Assembly: GCA_963575745.1 (NCBI GenBank)
Contig: CAUYUJ010000001.1
Location: 186,001 to 250,000, forward strand
Source: Prorocentrum cordatum
Taxonomy: Eukaryota
Reading direction: 5' to 3'
Length of the DNA stretch: 64,000 bases
Of the stretch, positions 49,800 to 62,100 are shown one piece after another. The notes under the pieces were generated by a model, which was not told the DNA's origin, searched no databases, and was given only the letters and a program-made list of their open reading frames with translations. The position numbers and the translations under genes were made by a program. The first letter of the stretch is position 1. Every line of letters starts with the position of its first letter.

Positions 49800-52718
49800 A
49801 GTCGCATTTGCAATTGAAAATGTGATGTTTTTCCGGGCTCCGAGGGCGCGGCTTTACATTTCCAATGCGCTACGAACCCCGCAATTGCCCCACGCACCAC
49901 CTCCTCGTGTCCCTTCCGCAGATTAACCCCGCCAACTGGACAGCTTCTCAATTATACTCAAATTTACTCATTTGTGAACAGAAAAACGCGGGAGGATACA
50001 TGTCCACAGAAATGCAAGAAAAAAATATGGATCGAGGTAAAGCGCACGAGCCCACTGTGGAAGGATTCGGATCGGCATTTGTAGGTGGGTGTATCGTTCT
50101 GCTCAAACTCCACGAGATCAGATTCTATCTTTCGCATGCGCTGCATGATAATATTACTCATCGCACACCGTCGTACCGATTTCTACCGCTTCGATCCGCT
50201 GGCAACGTGCCAGGACAACCACTCCCTCTCGACCTTCCCCGGGAAAGACGACGGCACCGAACAACAAGACTTGCACCATTGGCAGTGGAATGGGCACACA
50301 TGTCGATCATTGACCTCGCTGTGGAGATACGTACACCACTACGAACCATGCAAAGAATTCCGTGGTGCATACGGGCGCAATATCTACGCTGCACATGTGC
50401 TGTCGTCATCCGGTTTGGCACCAGGAGATGACACAACGCTTGGCGAAGTCAAAAACCTCAACTACGACCAGAAATTCCGATAATACCTTTCCCGGATGGC
50501 TTCCGAGATTTTCAACCATCGTCGCCACTCACCTTAGCCAGAGATTTATTCGGAGAGGTCTTCTGGCAGACGCGGCGCGGGTTATCAGCAGGGCTCTGGG
50601 GAGCACGATGCGAACACTACAAAATCTGTCTTGAAAACGATACTGCTTTCGAGGCACTTTGTGACATTGGCTCAGCGCGCAAATTCCGAATACTATCCGT
50701 GATGCTTTGCACTTGTCGTCCCTCTCAGCTCTAACCCCACCAAACAATCGGGTCAGGGGGATCTCAGCTAGAGATACATTCCGCCGATTGGTGGCGAAGG
50801 CGCTTGCAAGACAATATGGCCCAAGTCATCAAACTGCTGTGTGGCCGCTCAATTTCGGACTATGCAATGCGAGCGGCACGGACGCAGCTATTCACTACCT
50901 ACGATATGTTTCGGAGGCTTACCCACACAAGGTTATTATGAGCATCGATGGGGTCGGAGCGTTCGATCATGTAAGTAGAGCCTGGATGTTCGAACAACTA
51001 ATGGGCGACCCATCGTTGCATGGATTATTACCCTTCGTCAGACAATGGTACGGCATCCAATCTAAATTTCTGTGGCGGGATGACAACGGACATGCGCACA
51101 CGATTTTGCAAGGAGACGGAGGGGAACAGGGGGGATGCACTCACGCCAACGTTATTCTGCCTGGCACTGCATGCAGCATTATGCCGGATACGGGACAATG
51201 TCCCAACAGGGGCGGAGATTTTTGCATATTTGGACGACATCTATGTGGTGTGCGACCCAGATGAGATCACACCCATACTCCAGGATGTCACGGAAGAATT
51301 GTTGCGAACATGCTGTATTGATGTCAGCATGGGGAAACTGGCGGTATGGGGCCAGTGCGTGTCCAGAAGCGCTTGCTGCTGAGGCTCCAGACGCTTGGCG
51401 GTCCGACAAACCACTGGAAGAGCGGGGCATTCGGGTGCTAGGAGCCCCTTTTGGCAGCCCTGAATACATTACTACCTTTGGTGCTAAGCTAACTGCAGAA
51501 CGGGCGAAGCTGCTGACCTACATTACGAAACTCTCCGATCTGCAAATGGCACTGTACTATTGTGCTGTGCCCAGGCTTAACCATATCCTACGCACCACGC
51601 CACCCGAATTGGTCCGCCCACTGGCAGAAACTCATGACGCAGACATCTTAGCGACATTTCGGTCCATATTCGCAATTCCATCGCACACGACGTGGGATGT
51701 GAGGTTACATGGGATACGTTACGAGACAATGGTATTACAAACAACTCTGCCATTGAGGATGGCCGGGATGGGATTACGGAGCGCGGTCCGCACGAGCACG
51801 GCGGCTTACTGGGGAAATTGGGCTGATGTGATGCCGGAACTTATCCAGCGATTTCCGGAAATGGGGAATCAAATACTGCATCGGCTTACTATGCTCCACG
51901 CCACGGCACCTGATGAGACAATGGTGGGCCCGCTATGTCTGCGAAGTGCAGAACACGGAGGTCGGCTAAGCGAAGCTACGGGGTGGAAGGATCGCCCTAC
52001 GTGGGCCGCCTTAGCCTCTGGAGCACGACCGCCCGAAATCCAGTCTCACGAGGTGTCCCTTGGTGAACATCGGCACGGATGGCAATATCATGCGTCTGCA
52101 CCGCTTGAGCGTGCAACCCATGCAAAACTACTACGCGACTTGGCACCTCCGGGGACGCGGCGGCGGAATGCAATATCCACTGGGAAGGCCCGAATCCATT
52201 CGTGCATGGGTGCGTTTGCCTCGGTTTGGCTCCTCGTATGTCCAACTACACAAGGGCTAACTATTGCTATTGCAAACGATCTGCTACAATGCGCTGTGCG
52301 TCGACGGTTGGGTGTGGCATGTATTACCGATGGGCCAGCCCTATTTCACGGAATGGGCAACCGAGATCTGGGACGAGCAATCGCGGGGGAGCATTATTAG
52401 AGCAAGCAGAACGCAGAAACAATGAAGCAAAGTATGGGAGAGTGGATTGGGATCATTACTATGCTTGGGGTCGGAAGTCTTTGGCCGATGGGGGCCCAAA
52501 GCATGCAGATTGTCCCACAGCTTGCTCGAGAGCACTCCCGGGGGTTGCATCGAAGGATCGGGCGGGGCACGACCTACAGTCTTCTACACCGTTGGTGGGG
52601 GCTTCTGGGGATCGGCCTGCAGTCAGCCGTAGCTAGGGCTGTTTTGCGCGACGTGGCTGACTTGCCAGAAGTGCGGCTCGAGCCCGCACCACCACTGGCA
52701 GACTTAGAGGTCGTGTGA
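49800..52718 (+). mobile_element. CRE/SLACS-like non-LTR retrotransposon pol (RT plus restriction-like endonuclease remnant), pseudogenised
   Basis: RGISARDTFRRLVAK, SIDGVGAFDHVSR, GGEQG|DAL.P.LF (frameshift in a G-run at ~51130), AYLDDIYV, VLGAPFGSPEY, GMGLRSA, EVFGRWG. Followed by (CCT)n. Confidence 0.85.
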
Positions 52719-52989
52719 ACCTCCCCCTCCTCCTCCTCCTGCTCCTCCTCCTCCCTCTCCTCCTCTTGCTCTGCTTAAGGCAGCGCTGTCTCACCCGCGA
52801 TGCTGTTTGTGTCAGGTCTTTCACCCCAGGCCAGCCTGCAGTCTTAGGTCCGAATCGTAAAAAAACATGAAAACTGAAGGCGTGGAATATAATTGCAGCC
52901 CAATGCCTGCCAAAGCTTCGCACATTTGGCAAAAACATGCAGAAAACGAATGGGCACATGCAAGAGAAAAATCTCAAACATTTTGAAGC

Positions 52990-53400
52990 ATCGCTGGGGC
53001 CTGCAAGCAGGTTGCATCTACGGAGGAACTAACCGAACTTATTCCTAAAATCCCGTGTGTGCTGCCTGGTTGATACTGTGCTACTGTGTGGCCCCACGCC
53101 TTAACCATCTGCTCCGAAAGACCCCTCCAGCCCGGGTAGCAATTGCAGTAATTTCATGACGGCCGCACCGTAAGAATATTTCAAGCAATATTTTCGATCC
53201 CACGGTCTACCGTCTGGAGGTACAAATTACATGGGATACTGATTCAGACTTGAGTAACACAAAATCGCATTTTCTACGTCCGGGCAGAATCGGCTTTGCG
53301 GGACTCCAACAGGACCGCTGCAACAACATATTTGGCAAGTTGGGCAGATACCATCCCTAATATCACTGCCCGCTTCGCAATTATAATCAAAATCCGGTTC
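52990..53400 (+). mobile_element. second, more decayed CRE-like RT thumb fragment
   Basis: CYCVAPRLNHLLRKTPP and LRDSNRTAATTYLASWAD parallel YYCAVPRLNHILRTTPP and LRSAVRTSTAAYWGNWAD in the upstream element. Confidence 0.7.
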
Positions 53401-53880
53401 AAAATGACCAAGAATACTGCTTCTATTTCGATCCACTCTTTCGGCACTTCTTTCTGTTCCCATTTCGACCGGCTTTTCATCTTGAACCTTGTTTGACGCC
53501 CCCGATGCCCTGTGAGGGCCCGAGGCTATTGAATTTTTCATGACCCGATGGTGAACGTTTTTTCTTATTCGGCGTTTCGACATTGGGCGGACAAAGGGGG
53601 TCGGGGGGCGGGGTCTGGATCCGGACCTCTGCTCGGTGCGACTGTTTGCAAGAGTGCGTCATCTGGGGCACACCCCATCTGCTTGAGACAAGCACCAAAA
53701 TCACCCGCGCCGATCGGCAAAATGATGAATAACAAAACAATCACTAGAATGTATATGAATTTTTTGGCTGATGCTCTAAAACTTCCCAACGGCGACCCCA
53801 CATCCCTACCCCCTGGCCTGGCTCCCCGAAGCCCGTCTCGGCTTCTGGACGACTCAGAAAGCCAATACGGGAACGAACAA

Positions 53881-54049
53881 TGACGTAAACAAAAAAGCTC
53901 GGAGGTCCGCGCGGATTTCTCGGATCGGCGTTGGACCCTTCTCCCTGGCGCGCGGAGCGCGCCAGGGGCGGCGCCAGAGGCGCAGCCAAGGCGTTCCAGC
54001 GCCGATCCGAGAAATCCGCGCGGACCTCTGAGTTTCTATGTTTATGTCA
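53881..54049. mobile_element. MITE family B, best-preserved copy (~50-bp TIR)
   Basis: TGACGTAAAC…CTCGGAGGTCCGCGCGGATTTCTCGGATCGGCG / CGCCGATCCGAGAAATCCGCGCGGACCTCTGAG…GTTTATGTCA. Confidence 0.9.
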
Positions 54050-54132
54050 TTGTTGGTTCCCCTAGCAAAGGACCGGGGTCTGGGCTTGGAGACCCCCCCT
54101 TTATGGGCCAAGTTTCACCACTACCACATGTC

Positions 54133-54270
54133 GAGTATTCAAAAATAGTCGAAATATCGCCAGGGGGCGATATTTTCTGCATTATTTGTCAAGTTCCGAA
54201 CATTTTCTTGGCATCTTTCGAAATTCTCGCCCAAAATCTGCTTGTGGGGGGGGGGACATGCCCGACCTAA
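54133..54270. mobile_element. MITE family A copy lacking its left TIR
   Basis: TATTCAAAAATAG…CCAAAATCTGC…GGGGACATGCCCGACCTAA. Confidence 0.7.
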
Positions 54271-55781
54271 ACATAGGATAGTTCAGCGGTGGACAAACCT
54301 TCCTTTAACAAACCACTAGTAAAAACGGCCTGGAACCGAAACCGACGGAGCTGGACTCGCAAAACGAACGGCCGCGACGCCCTGTCGCGAACCAGAAACG
54401 GCCAATTCGCTTATCGACGCGTCAGGGTAGGAGGTCTACCAACCTCGGAAACACAAGATAGTGGTGGTTTTGGAATCCCGAAACGGTGCGGTGACAGACC
54501 GTGCGGTGACCTCGGAACCCCAACAAGAGACCTCATCGCACGGTCCGTTACCGCACGGTCTTGGGACCCCGGAGGCCCCTGTCGCCCGAGACGTCCTCGG
54601 TGAAGGACTCGAGTCCCAAAACCGTGCGGTGACCTCGAATCCACACCGACTCACCGCACGGTGTGGTCACCACCCTGGCGCCTCCCGGCGCAGGAGGCGT
54701 GGGCCCCTCGGTGGGGCTGAAACCAGCTGCATGCAGTAGATTTCGTAACCCCTTTTCCCCATCCCCCCCTTTCGTTCGGTCCGAGAAACATAGGGTAGTG
54801 GTGGTGAAGATTGGCCCATCACGCTTCCGGAGCACCTCCGCAGCGGCGCGCAGACCGCGGGGCGGCGCCTCTCGCTGCGCCCGGCCCAAGGCGCGCGGCC
54901 GCGGCACACGCTGGCCGACCGCGCCCGAGGCGGGCGGCTCCGCGGGCCGCGCGGCTTCCGCGCGGCCTGCGCGGCTCAGGACGTGGCGTTAACCATGCAG
55001 CCCTGGCCCCCAGGAGGACGGGGACGCGGAGGAGGACGAGAGGGAGGAGGAGGACGAGAGGGAGGAGGAGGAGGAGGAGGAGAAGGAGAAGGAGAGGGAG
55101 GAGGAGGAGCAGAAGGAGGAGGAGGAGGAGGAGGAGGAAGGAGGAGGGAGGAGGAGGGAGGGAGGGGGAGGAGGAGGAGGAGCAGGAGGAGGAAAGGAGG
55201 AGGGAGGAGGAGCAGAAGGAGGAGGAGGGAGGAGGAGGAAGGACAGGAGGAGGAGGAGCAGAAGGAGGAGGAGGAGGAGGAGGAGGAGGAGGAGGAGAAG
55301 CACGAGGAGGAGGGCGCACGGCGCAGAGGACCTAAACATGCTCGCTTCGTCGAGTGAAAAAGTCAGGACGGGCCTCGGGATGAACGAAGGCGGTCCCGCC
55401 CAGGGGGTCGGGACTTCCAGGGACCTGGAGCTGAGGAAATCCGAACGTCGCACGTCTGGGGATCGGGCTGGTGGTACTGGGGGGTGACCTACATGGGAGG
55501 TGAAGAAAAGGGCCCTGAAGGGGCCCTGGAGGGCTCCTTTTGGGCCCCTGCTGGCTCCAACAAGGGCCCTAAAGGGCTCCTTCATGGCCCTTGTCTTCGC
55601 CCCCATTTGGGTCTCCCCCCCCGTTACCACCCGCCCGAGGGGAGAGCTCCCAGAGGAGCCTGGTCGGACCGGACCTGAGATCTGGGCGTCTCGGAGGTTG
55701 GCCGGGCTAGGTGCACTGGGGGACGCCTCCCCGCCCCAGTCCACTCATTGGATCTGCCGCCCCCCGATGAAGCATCAGTTT

Positions 55782-56033
55782 GGGTGACCCAAAAAAGGAG
55801 GTCCAGCTGAAAGGGGGTGGTGCAATAGATTTGGGGCAATTGTATTGCAAATGTACTGCGCCGCAGAATTGTATTGCATTGTATTGCAAGTAATGTACTG
55901 CACGCGAAGATCCAGCAATACATTCGCGCCCTGGAATGTATTGCACACTCCAAATGTACTGCAACCCCACAAACCTATTGACCAAATCTATTGCACCACC
56001 CCCTTGTCGCTGGACCCCCTTTTGGGTCAACCC
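55782..56033. mobile_element. ~250-bp MITE with ~55-bp TIRs and internal TGTATTGCA repeats
   Basis: TGACCCAAAA…GGTCCAGC…AAGGGGGTGGTGCAATAGATTTGG / CCAAATCTATTGCACCACCCCCTT…GCTGGACC…TTTTGGGTCA. Confidence 0.85.
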
Positions 56034-56919
56034 CGAATAAGCTACGGCAGACCTGGTTTAATGATTCTGGCCATTTTTGTTCGGGCTTCGGGGCCCAACC
56101 ACTAACCGACTCCCCTTACCCGGGGTTCCTGGCGATATCCGAGCGTTGCAAGCTTTCCACGCTGGGCCATTCCGCCCAATTTCGGCCCCCGGGATTGTAG
56201 CAGACCGATGCGGCTCGAAAGAAGCCGCAGCAATATTGGGTCTAAGGCTCCAATGCTGACTTTGCGCGACGCTGCAATCTGTCCGCGCCGTCGGATCTCC
56301 GGGACCACATGCTCATCCTTCCCTCAACAGTCGGACCTAGGCCAGAAGAACATCTCTCAAGAACACGAGACCCTCCGCCGGCCCAAACCGAAGAACATTC
56401 GAGGGTGCCCTCCCCCAGGATGCACAAGAGGATCTACCAAGCACGCAAACATTCCCGAACCAACCTCGATCTTGTACCTCGGTCCCACTGCTCCTCCTCC
56501 CCTCTTCCTCCTCCTCATCCTCCTGCTTCCTTCGCCCCTGCGTCACACATCGCCGCCGCCGCTCCTCCCCCCTCTCCCTCCTCGCTCCTCCCCCTCCCCC
56601 CTCCCCCTCCCCCTCCTCTCCTGAACCACTGTGTGGCATAGCCTGTTCCTGTTCCTGTTCCTCCCCTCCCCTCCTCCCCTCCCTCCTCCCTCCTACCTCA
56701 CACCCTCCCGCTCTTCAAGGCCGGGTCGGGCTGGGCCGGGATAGGCAGAGCTGGGCCGGGTCTTGCCCCGTCTCCTCACTCCCAGCCTCACTCTCTCCCC
56801 TCCCCCCTCTCCCCTCTCTCTCATCGCTCTCCCTTCCTGGCCACTCCTTCAAACTTTCCCTCCTCCCTCTGCTCTGCCCCTTCTCCTCAATCTCTCCCCT
56901 CTCCTCTGCTACCGCTGTC

Positions 56920-57545
56920 CCGACAAAACCAGCGCTACCGCTCGGGAATTCCTCCCGTTTTACGCTGGACTGGCGCCCTACTCATTCCTTCATCGGCGCC
57001 GCCCCCAGCAACAAACAACAACGCTCCCGCTCGAGGCCTCCCACCTTTTTTACTCAAGGCGGTATTTTTCCTCGCCGCCGAAAACCGCCGTCCCGACAAC
57101 ACCAGCGCTCCCGTCCAAGACTTCCTCCCGTTTTACGCTGGACTGGCGCCCTAACATTTTTTGCATTGGCGCCGCTCCCAACAAAACAACGCTCCCATTC
57201 GAGGCTTCCCTCCTTTTTCCTTAGGACGGTGCTGTTCCTTGCCGCCGGCAGCCCCCGTCCTGACAAAACCACGGCTCCCGCTCGAGACTTCCTCCCTTCT
57301 TACTCAAGGCGGTGTTCCTCCTCACCGCCGACATACGCCGTCCCAACAAAACCAGTGTTCCCACTCGAGGCTTCGTTTCATTTTACGCTGGACTAGCGCC
57401 CTACTCTCTTCAGAATTGGCGCTGCTCCCAGCAACAACAGCGGCCCTGCTCGAGACTTCCTCCCTTTCTATTCAGGGCCAGGTCCTTGCCTCGCCGCCGA
57501 CAGCCCCCATCCCCACCAAAGCAATCCTATCGCTCGATACTCCCT
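56920..57545 (+). repeat. ~85-bp minisatellite, about 8 units, with A/B alternation
   Basis: Core ACAAAAC.A.CGCTCCCGCTCGAGRCTTCC recurs at ~56922, 57012, 57097, 57180, 57262, 57346, 57432 and 57516. Confidence 0.8.
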
Positions 57546-59159
57546 TGTGCTTTACCCTTGGCTGGGGCTTCACTGGCGGTCTCGGATCGGCGCAGCAAGG
57601 CGCGGGCATGCGTTTTCGTGGCGGGATATGTTGGATTTCCTCGGAGGTGTTTGCAAGACCTCATTGGGCGGGAGATGTGGGAATGGGAATAACAAATCCC
57701 GCTAACGAACAATCATCCCCCATGGTGGGTATGGTTATCATGATGGTCGCATGCTTCGTGTGGAAGCATCGCGCATGAGGGTAGCATGATTGTTGTTGTT
57801 GTTGTCGTTTATGTTTCCTGCTGCTCCCTGACCCCCATTATGCGAATTGCCCTCGTCGTAATTCATCGTCGCCCCCCCTAGCCCCCGTCCTCCTCCCTCC
57901 ATTCTCCATTTCCTTTCCTCTTCGCTCTCCCCGTTTGTCATTTCCGCTTCTTCTTCTTATGTTGAGGGTTGCGCCAACTACGCATGACGAGTAAGGAAAG
58001 GATACCCGCGATGGGGGTGCGCTCGAAGACGGTGACGGCGGGCATCCAAGTTGCGTCATAGCTGGTGCCCGTATGTTGCGCTAGGTTGCGCCGCGCGTTT
58101 CGCCGTGAATTGCGTCCATGCGTTGCGCCTGTGCCATGGGTGGCGACAAAAGCTGCCCCCCATACGTGCGCCATAGGTTGCGCCCGCAGGGCAGGCCACA
58201 TATTGCGCCATTGGTTGCGCTGCGGGGTTCGCCAGTGACTGCACCTCTCTAATGGGGCACGGCGTGCGGACGTCAACCTGTACTCCTCGTCCTCCTCCTG
58301 CTGCTCCTCCTCCTCTTCCTCCTCTTCCTCCTCCTCCTGCTCCTCCTTTTCCTCCTCCGCGTCCTTCTCCTGGAGCCGGATCAGCAAGGGGAAGAGGATC
58401 TCTTTCCCTCCTGGTCGTCCTCCTCGCCCTCCTCCTGGTTCCCCTCCTCCTGGAGAAGGATCAGGGAGGGGAACAGGATCTCTTCCCCTCCTCCTCGTCC
58501 TCCTCGCCCCCTGCTCCTGGGCAGGATCAGGAACGGACACAGGAGGATAAGCAAGACGCGAGAATGACGAGAAAACAACGCGATCATGATATGGACCCAG
58601 ACGGCACCCGCGGGAGACGCCCAGTGCCCGAGGCAACGGGCCCCCCAGCGGCCTTCCAGCCCTCCAGCGTCTTGAAGGGGTGGAATGCGGCCTGGACGCG
58701 GTCCCGACACCACCTCTGGCAGGGCGCGGCGCCGCGGGGTGTTCCCCGTTCCTCCTCCTCCTCCCCCTCCTCCTCCTCCTCCTCCTCCTCCTCCTCCTCC
58801 TCCCCCTCCTCCTCCATCGTCCTCGTCCTCTTCCTCCTCGAGGCTCGTTCCTTCTCGACCCTGGATGTTCTTCCTCCTCCTCCTCCTCCTCCTCCTCCTC
58901 CTCCTCCTCCTCCTGGGCCTCAAGAGGCAACGTTCAGGGGGGGGAGTGGCTCACGGGGGAAGCATTCCTCCCTCGTCCTCCATACTCCATCCTCCATCCT
59001 CGATCCCCCTCCTCCTCCTCCTCCTCCTCCTCCTTCCCCCTTCTGCTCCTCCTCCTGTTGCTGCTGCTGCTCTTCCTCCTCCTCCTCCTCCTGTTCCTCT
59101 TCCTCCTCCTCCACAGCTCCAGCGGAACTCCCTCAAACGAACACGCCGAAACGAAATCT

Positions 59160-62100
59160 AGGCCTCTGGCTCAAGCCAGGCTCTATATCCTGGGGGGGGG
59201 ACGTTCTCCGGCAGGGGCGAAAACCACCATCCTGCCCCAGGTGTCAATGTTGTCTGGGCGACAAGCTTCGCCCAGCTTGACGAATTCCCCGCCGTGAACG
59301 TGGCCACACAATTTTAACACCAGAACACACACCCTTACAAAACGGCAGTTTGTGCGAGGGGTCGATGCCCTGGGGGACCTGGGCTGCTTGCAACTTCAGT
59401 TCGGCCGACGGTCGAAAGAGACACAACAGGCACTTCACACCCTTCCAGTCAGAAACAACACGATGGGCCGACGCAGCTTTGGCCCCGTCAACCTTGAACA
59501 CCTGTTCTTGCCCCGTGCTCAACCTCAGCCGCTCTGGCAGCTTTGTGCGAGGGCCCGGACAATTCTGGGGCCCGCGACGCTATGTGCAGCGCCACCGCCA
59601 AGGGGTGTTCCTGGACCTTGATGGCCAGCTCATCAAATCTACAAGCATCACCAACGACATGCCACCATAATCTGCGCCACGCCGCAACATTCGCTGGGGG
59701 CGCATACTTGGGACCGCGCTGGAAAACACAAGCAGTCATAGCGGAATCGGCTGCGAAGGTCATGGGGCCGAGGGTGCACTAGAGCGCTTGACTGATGGCC
59801 TCTAATTCAGCTAGGAGAACAGGTCGCTTAAATCCTGGCAGCGGCCGTGGCCCCGCCCGAGCTGAGCACCCTCCGAATAAAAAACGAATCCCCACTAACA
59901 TCCCGGCCCGCCCCGCCACCCCGCAGCGCCCCCCCCCCCTTCCAGAATGTATTAGCCCTTGGTTGAGGCTGATTGAGTAAACTGTGCCACTGACTGCATC
60001 TACGAGGGTCCCTCGAGCAACTCAGGGCGGGCCCCTGGGGTATCCCGATTGCGCGGGCACGCGCAAAAATGGTGAAGCGAGGTCCCCGAGGGGGCTCCGC
60101 GCCTGGGGCGCCCGGGGGGGGTGCGATGAACCTCGCCCGCCTCCCCTCCTTCCTCGAACCAATGCGGGCGCGCCTGCCTGTCCTCCTGGTCTTCGCGGCT
60201 CTGGAGGTTCATCAGCTCCGCGAGGTCAGGCTCCTCGCCATCCATTCCTGCAAGAGGCGCGCCCCGAGGGGCGCTGGTCGAACCCTTCGGGCGCAGGGGC
60301 TGGAGGAGAGGGCGGGGCCGCAGAGGTGGCGAGTCGACGTGGGAGACGGGCGTCGGGATTCCTCTCCAAGCCTCCTCGCCGCAGGCAATAGTGCGCCTGT
60401 GAGAACAGTCTTCAACGTCGCAGCCTGGTCATGCTTCCACTGTGGCTCAAGCCTCTTCAAATGGCGGCGCGGCGCGATGCAATCGGCAATGAACTTCAGT
60501 CCCCGACCGAGGTGGTGCTGAGAGGCCTTGCTTCAGATCCAGGTCCAAGGCCCCTCTGAACTCACACATGAGCAACCGTTCAAGGTCGCAATCTCTCAGG
60601 TCGAAACGCAGCCGGGCAGACTGGCCCGCCCAAACCCACGGCTGTGGGGCATCCGAACAGATGTCGTGAATACAAGCTAACTATCACAGCCGTGAACGGG
60701 CCATTGACATGGTTCCATCGATGCCTAGTTCCTGGCAGGCGCCAGACCTTGTTCTATGCGATCGCCGCTGCACGCTCAGACTGCGCGGAGGGCAGCAGGA
60801 CCTCGCGCCGCGGGCGAAACGCCTTCAACCTGCCAGAAAAGAGCGGGCCCCAATCAGACCCCGTCGCGAGCGATGGCCGCGGCGGAGCACCCGCGCTCGC
60901 GGCCAGCCACCGACAGAGCCGCGACCTGCGCGCGCAAGCAAAACGCGGTTGCGGGGGCCAGACTTCTGAATTTTACCCCCGCGTGGCTTGGAGCAGAAAG
61001 CCGTCTCTCTCCAGGGTTCGGGCCCTCGGGGTCACCTCGGCGACCTGCGCGATCGTCGTGGCGCGACCTGCGGCTCCTGAAAGGCGCTTCTGAGTCGCCG
61101 CGCTGCGCCAGGCGGCGGCGGCGTCGATCCCCATGTCCTCGGCAACTTGGGGGGCCGGCGCATGCAGACCCACGAGAACGGGGGACATTCTGGATTTCCG
61201 ACGCCAAGAGCGCGGGACAACTCGCTAACTTGTTCTTGCCGGGAGTTGTTAGACTCCTTCTCGAGCAACGCATCCACCTACTTACTTGCGCAGACTTCGG
61301 GGCCACCTCCCCCGGGTGCCCCGCAACCAACTGCAAACAATCGCCCGCCCAAAAATACAGCTTGATGGGTTCCGAAGGAGTCGTGCAGATCCTGTAAAAT
61401 CTCAAACAGGGCCACTTTTGCTGCGTCGACCGACTGGCGGGACCCTGCCAATATCCCCATCCAGGGGGCTATCACCTCACCCAGGCAATCCTCAGTTCCA
61501 ACTCTCCTCGGGGCAAAATGCAGGGTCATCGCCATGCGCAGATGAGACGTTGTGCGCCTCGTGGCCTGGCCAAGCCTGAAGATTTCGAAACACTGCAAGT
61601 GATCGTGCAACTTCTCGAGGCCCCGAAGGATCTCTGCCCGGGACCCACCCCATAGATGGTTGCAGCCCCTAGCTGCAGCTGTCGCAAGACCGCCGCTCTT
61701 GAAGCTGAGCCCCCTCTGATGGCCTCGTTCCAGAAACGAGGCCAGCCCTCCCCCCATTCGCCCGCCTCGCCGCCGCCCCCCGACGCACCGCTGACCAGCG
61801 TCGATAGAGACCTGTCGCGAAGCTTATCGGGCGATCCGCGATCGGGGATCGCTCGCGAGCTGCGCAAGAGTGTCGCGAACCTATATGGGCCAGGCCAATG
61901 TCTGCTCCACCTGCTGCTTTACCTCTACAAATGGTTGGCGACCGCGACCGGCAACTGGCCCCAAAAGTCGGGGTTCTGGCCGTCCATGCCCATGCCGATC
62001 ACAAACCAAAAGCCCGACGGCGCTGATTCCAAGTCCGCCGCGGCGAGCGGCTGGGGTTCCTCTCGAGCCCCCCTGTAACTTGCCACCGCCAGGCTTGGCC

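Noticed and set aside
56920..57545. CRISPR array (also considered for 48390-49420)
   Set aside because: The repeats are degenerate, the spacers are homologous or low-complexity, there are no cas genes, and the context is eukaryotic.
59161..60452. TGGCTCAAG matches to the spliced-leader 3' end at ~59167 and ~60444
   Set aside because: Only 9 nt, antisense to the surrounding LINE, and compatible with chance.
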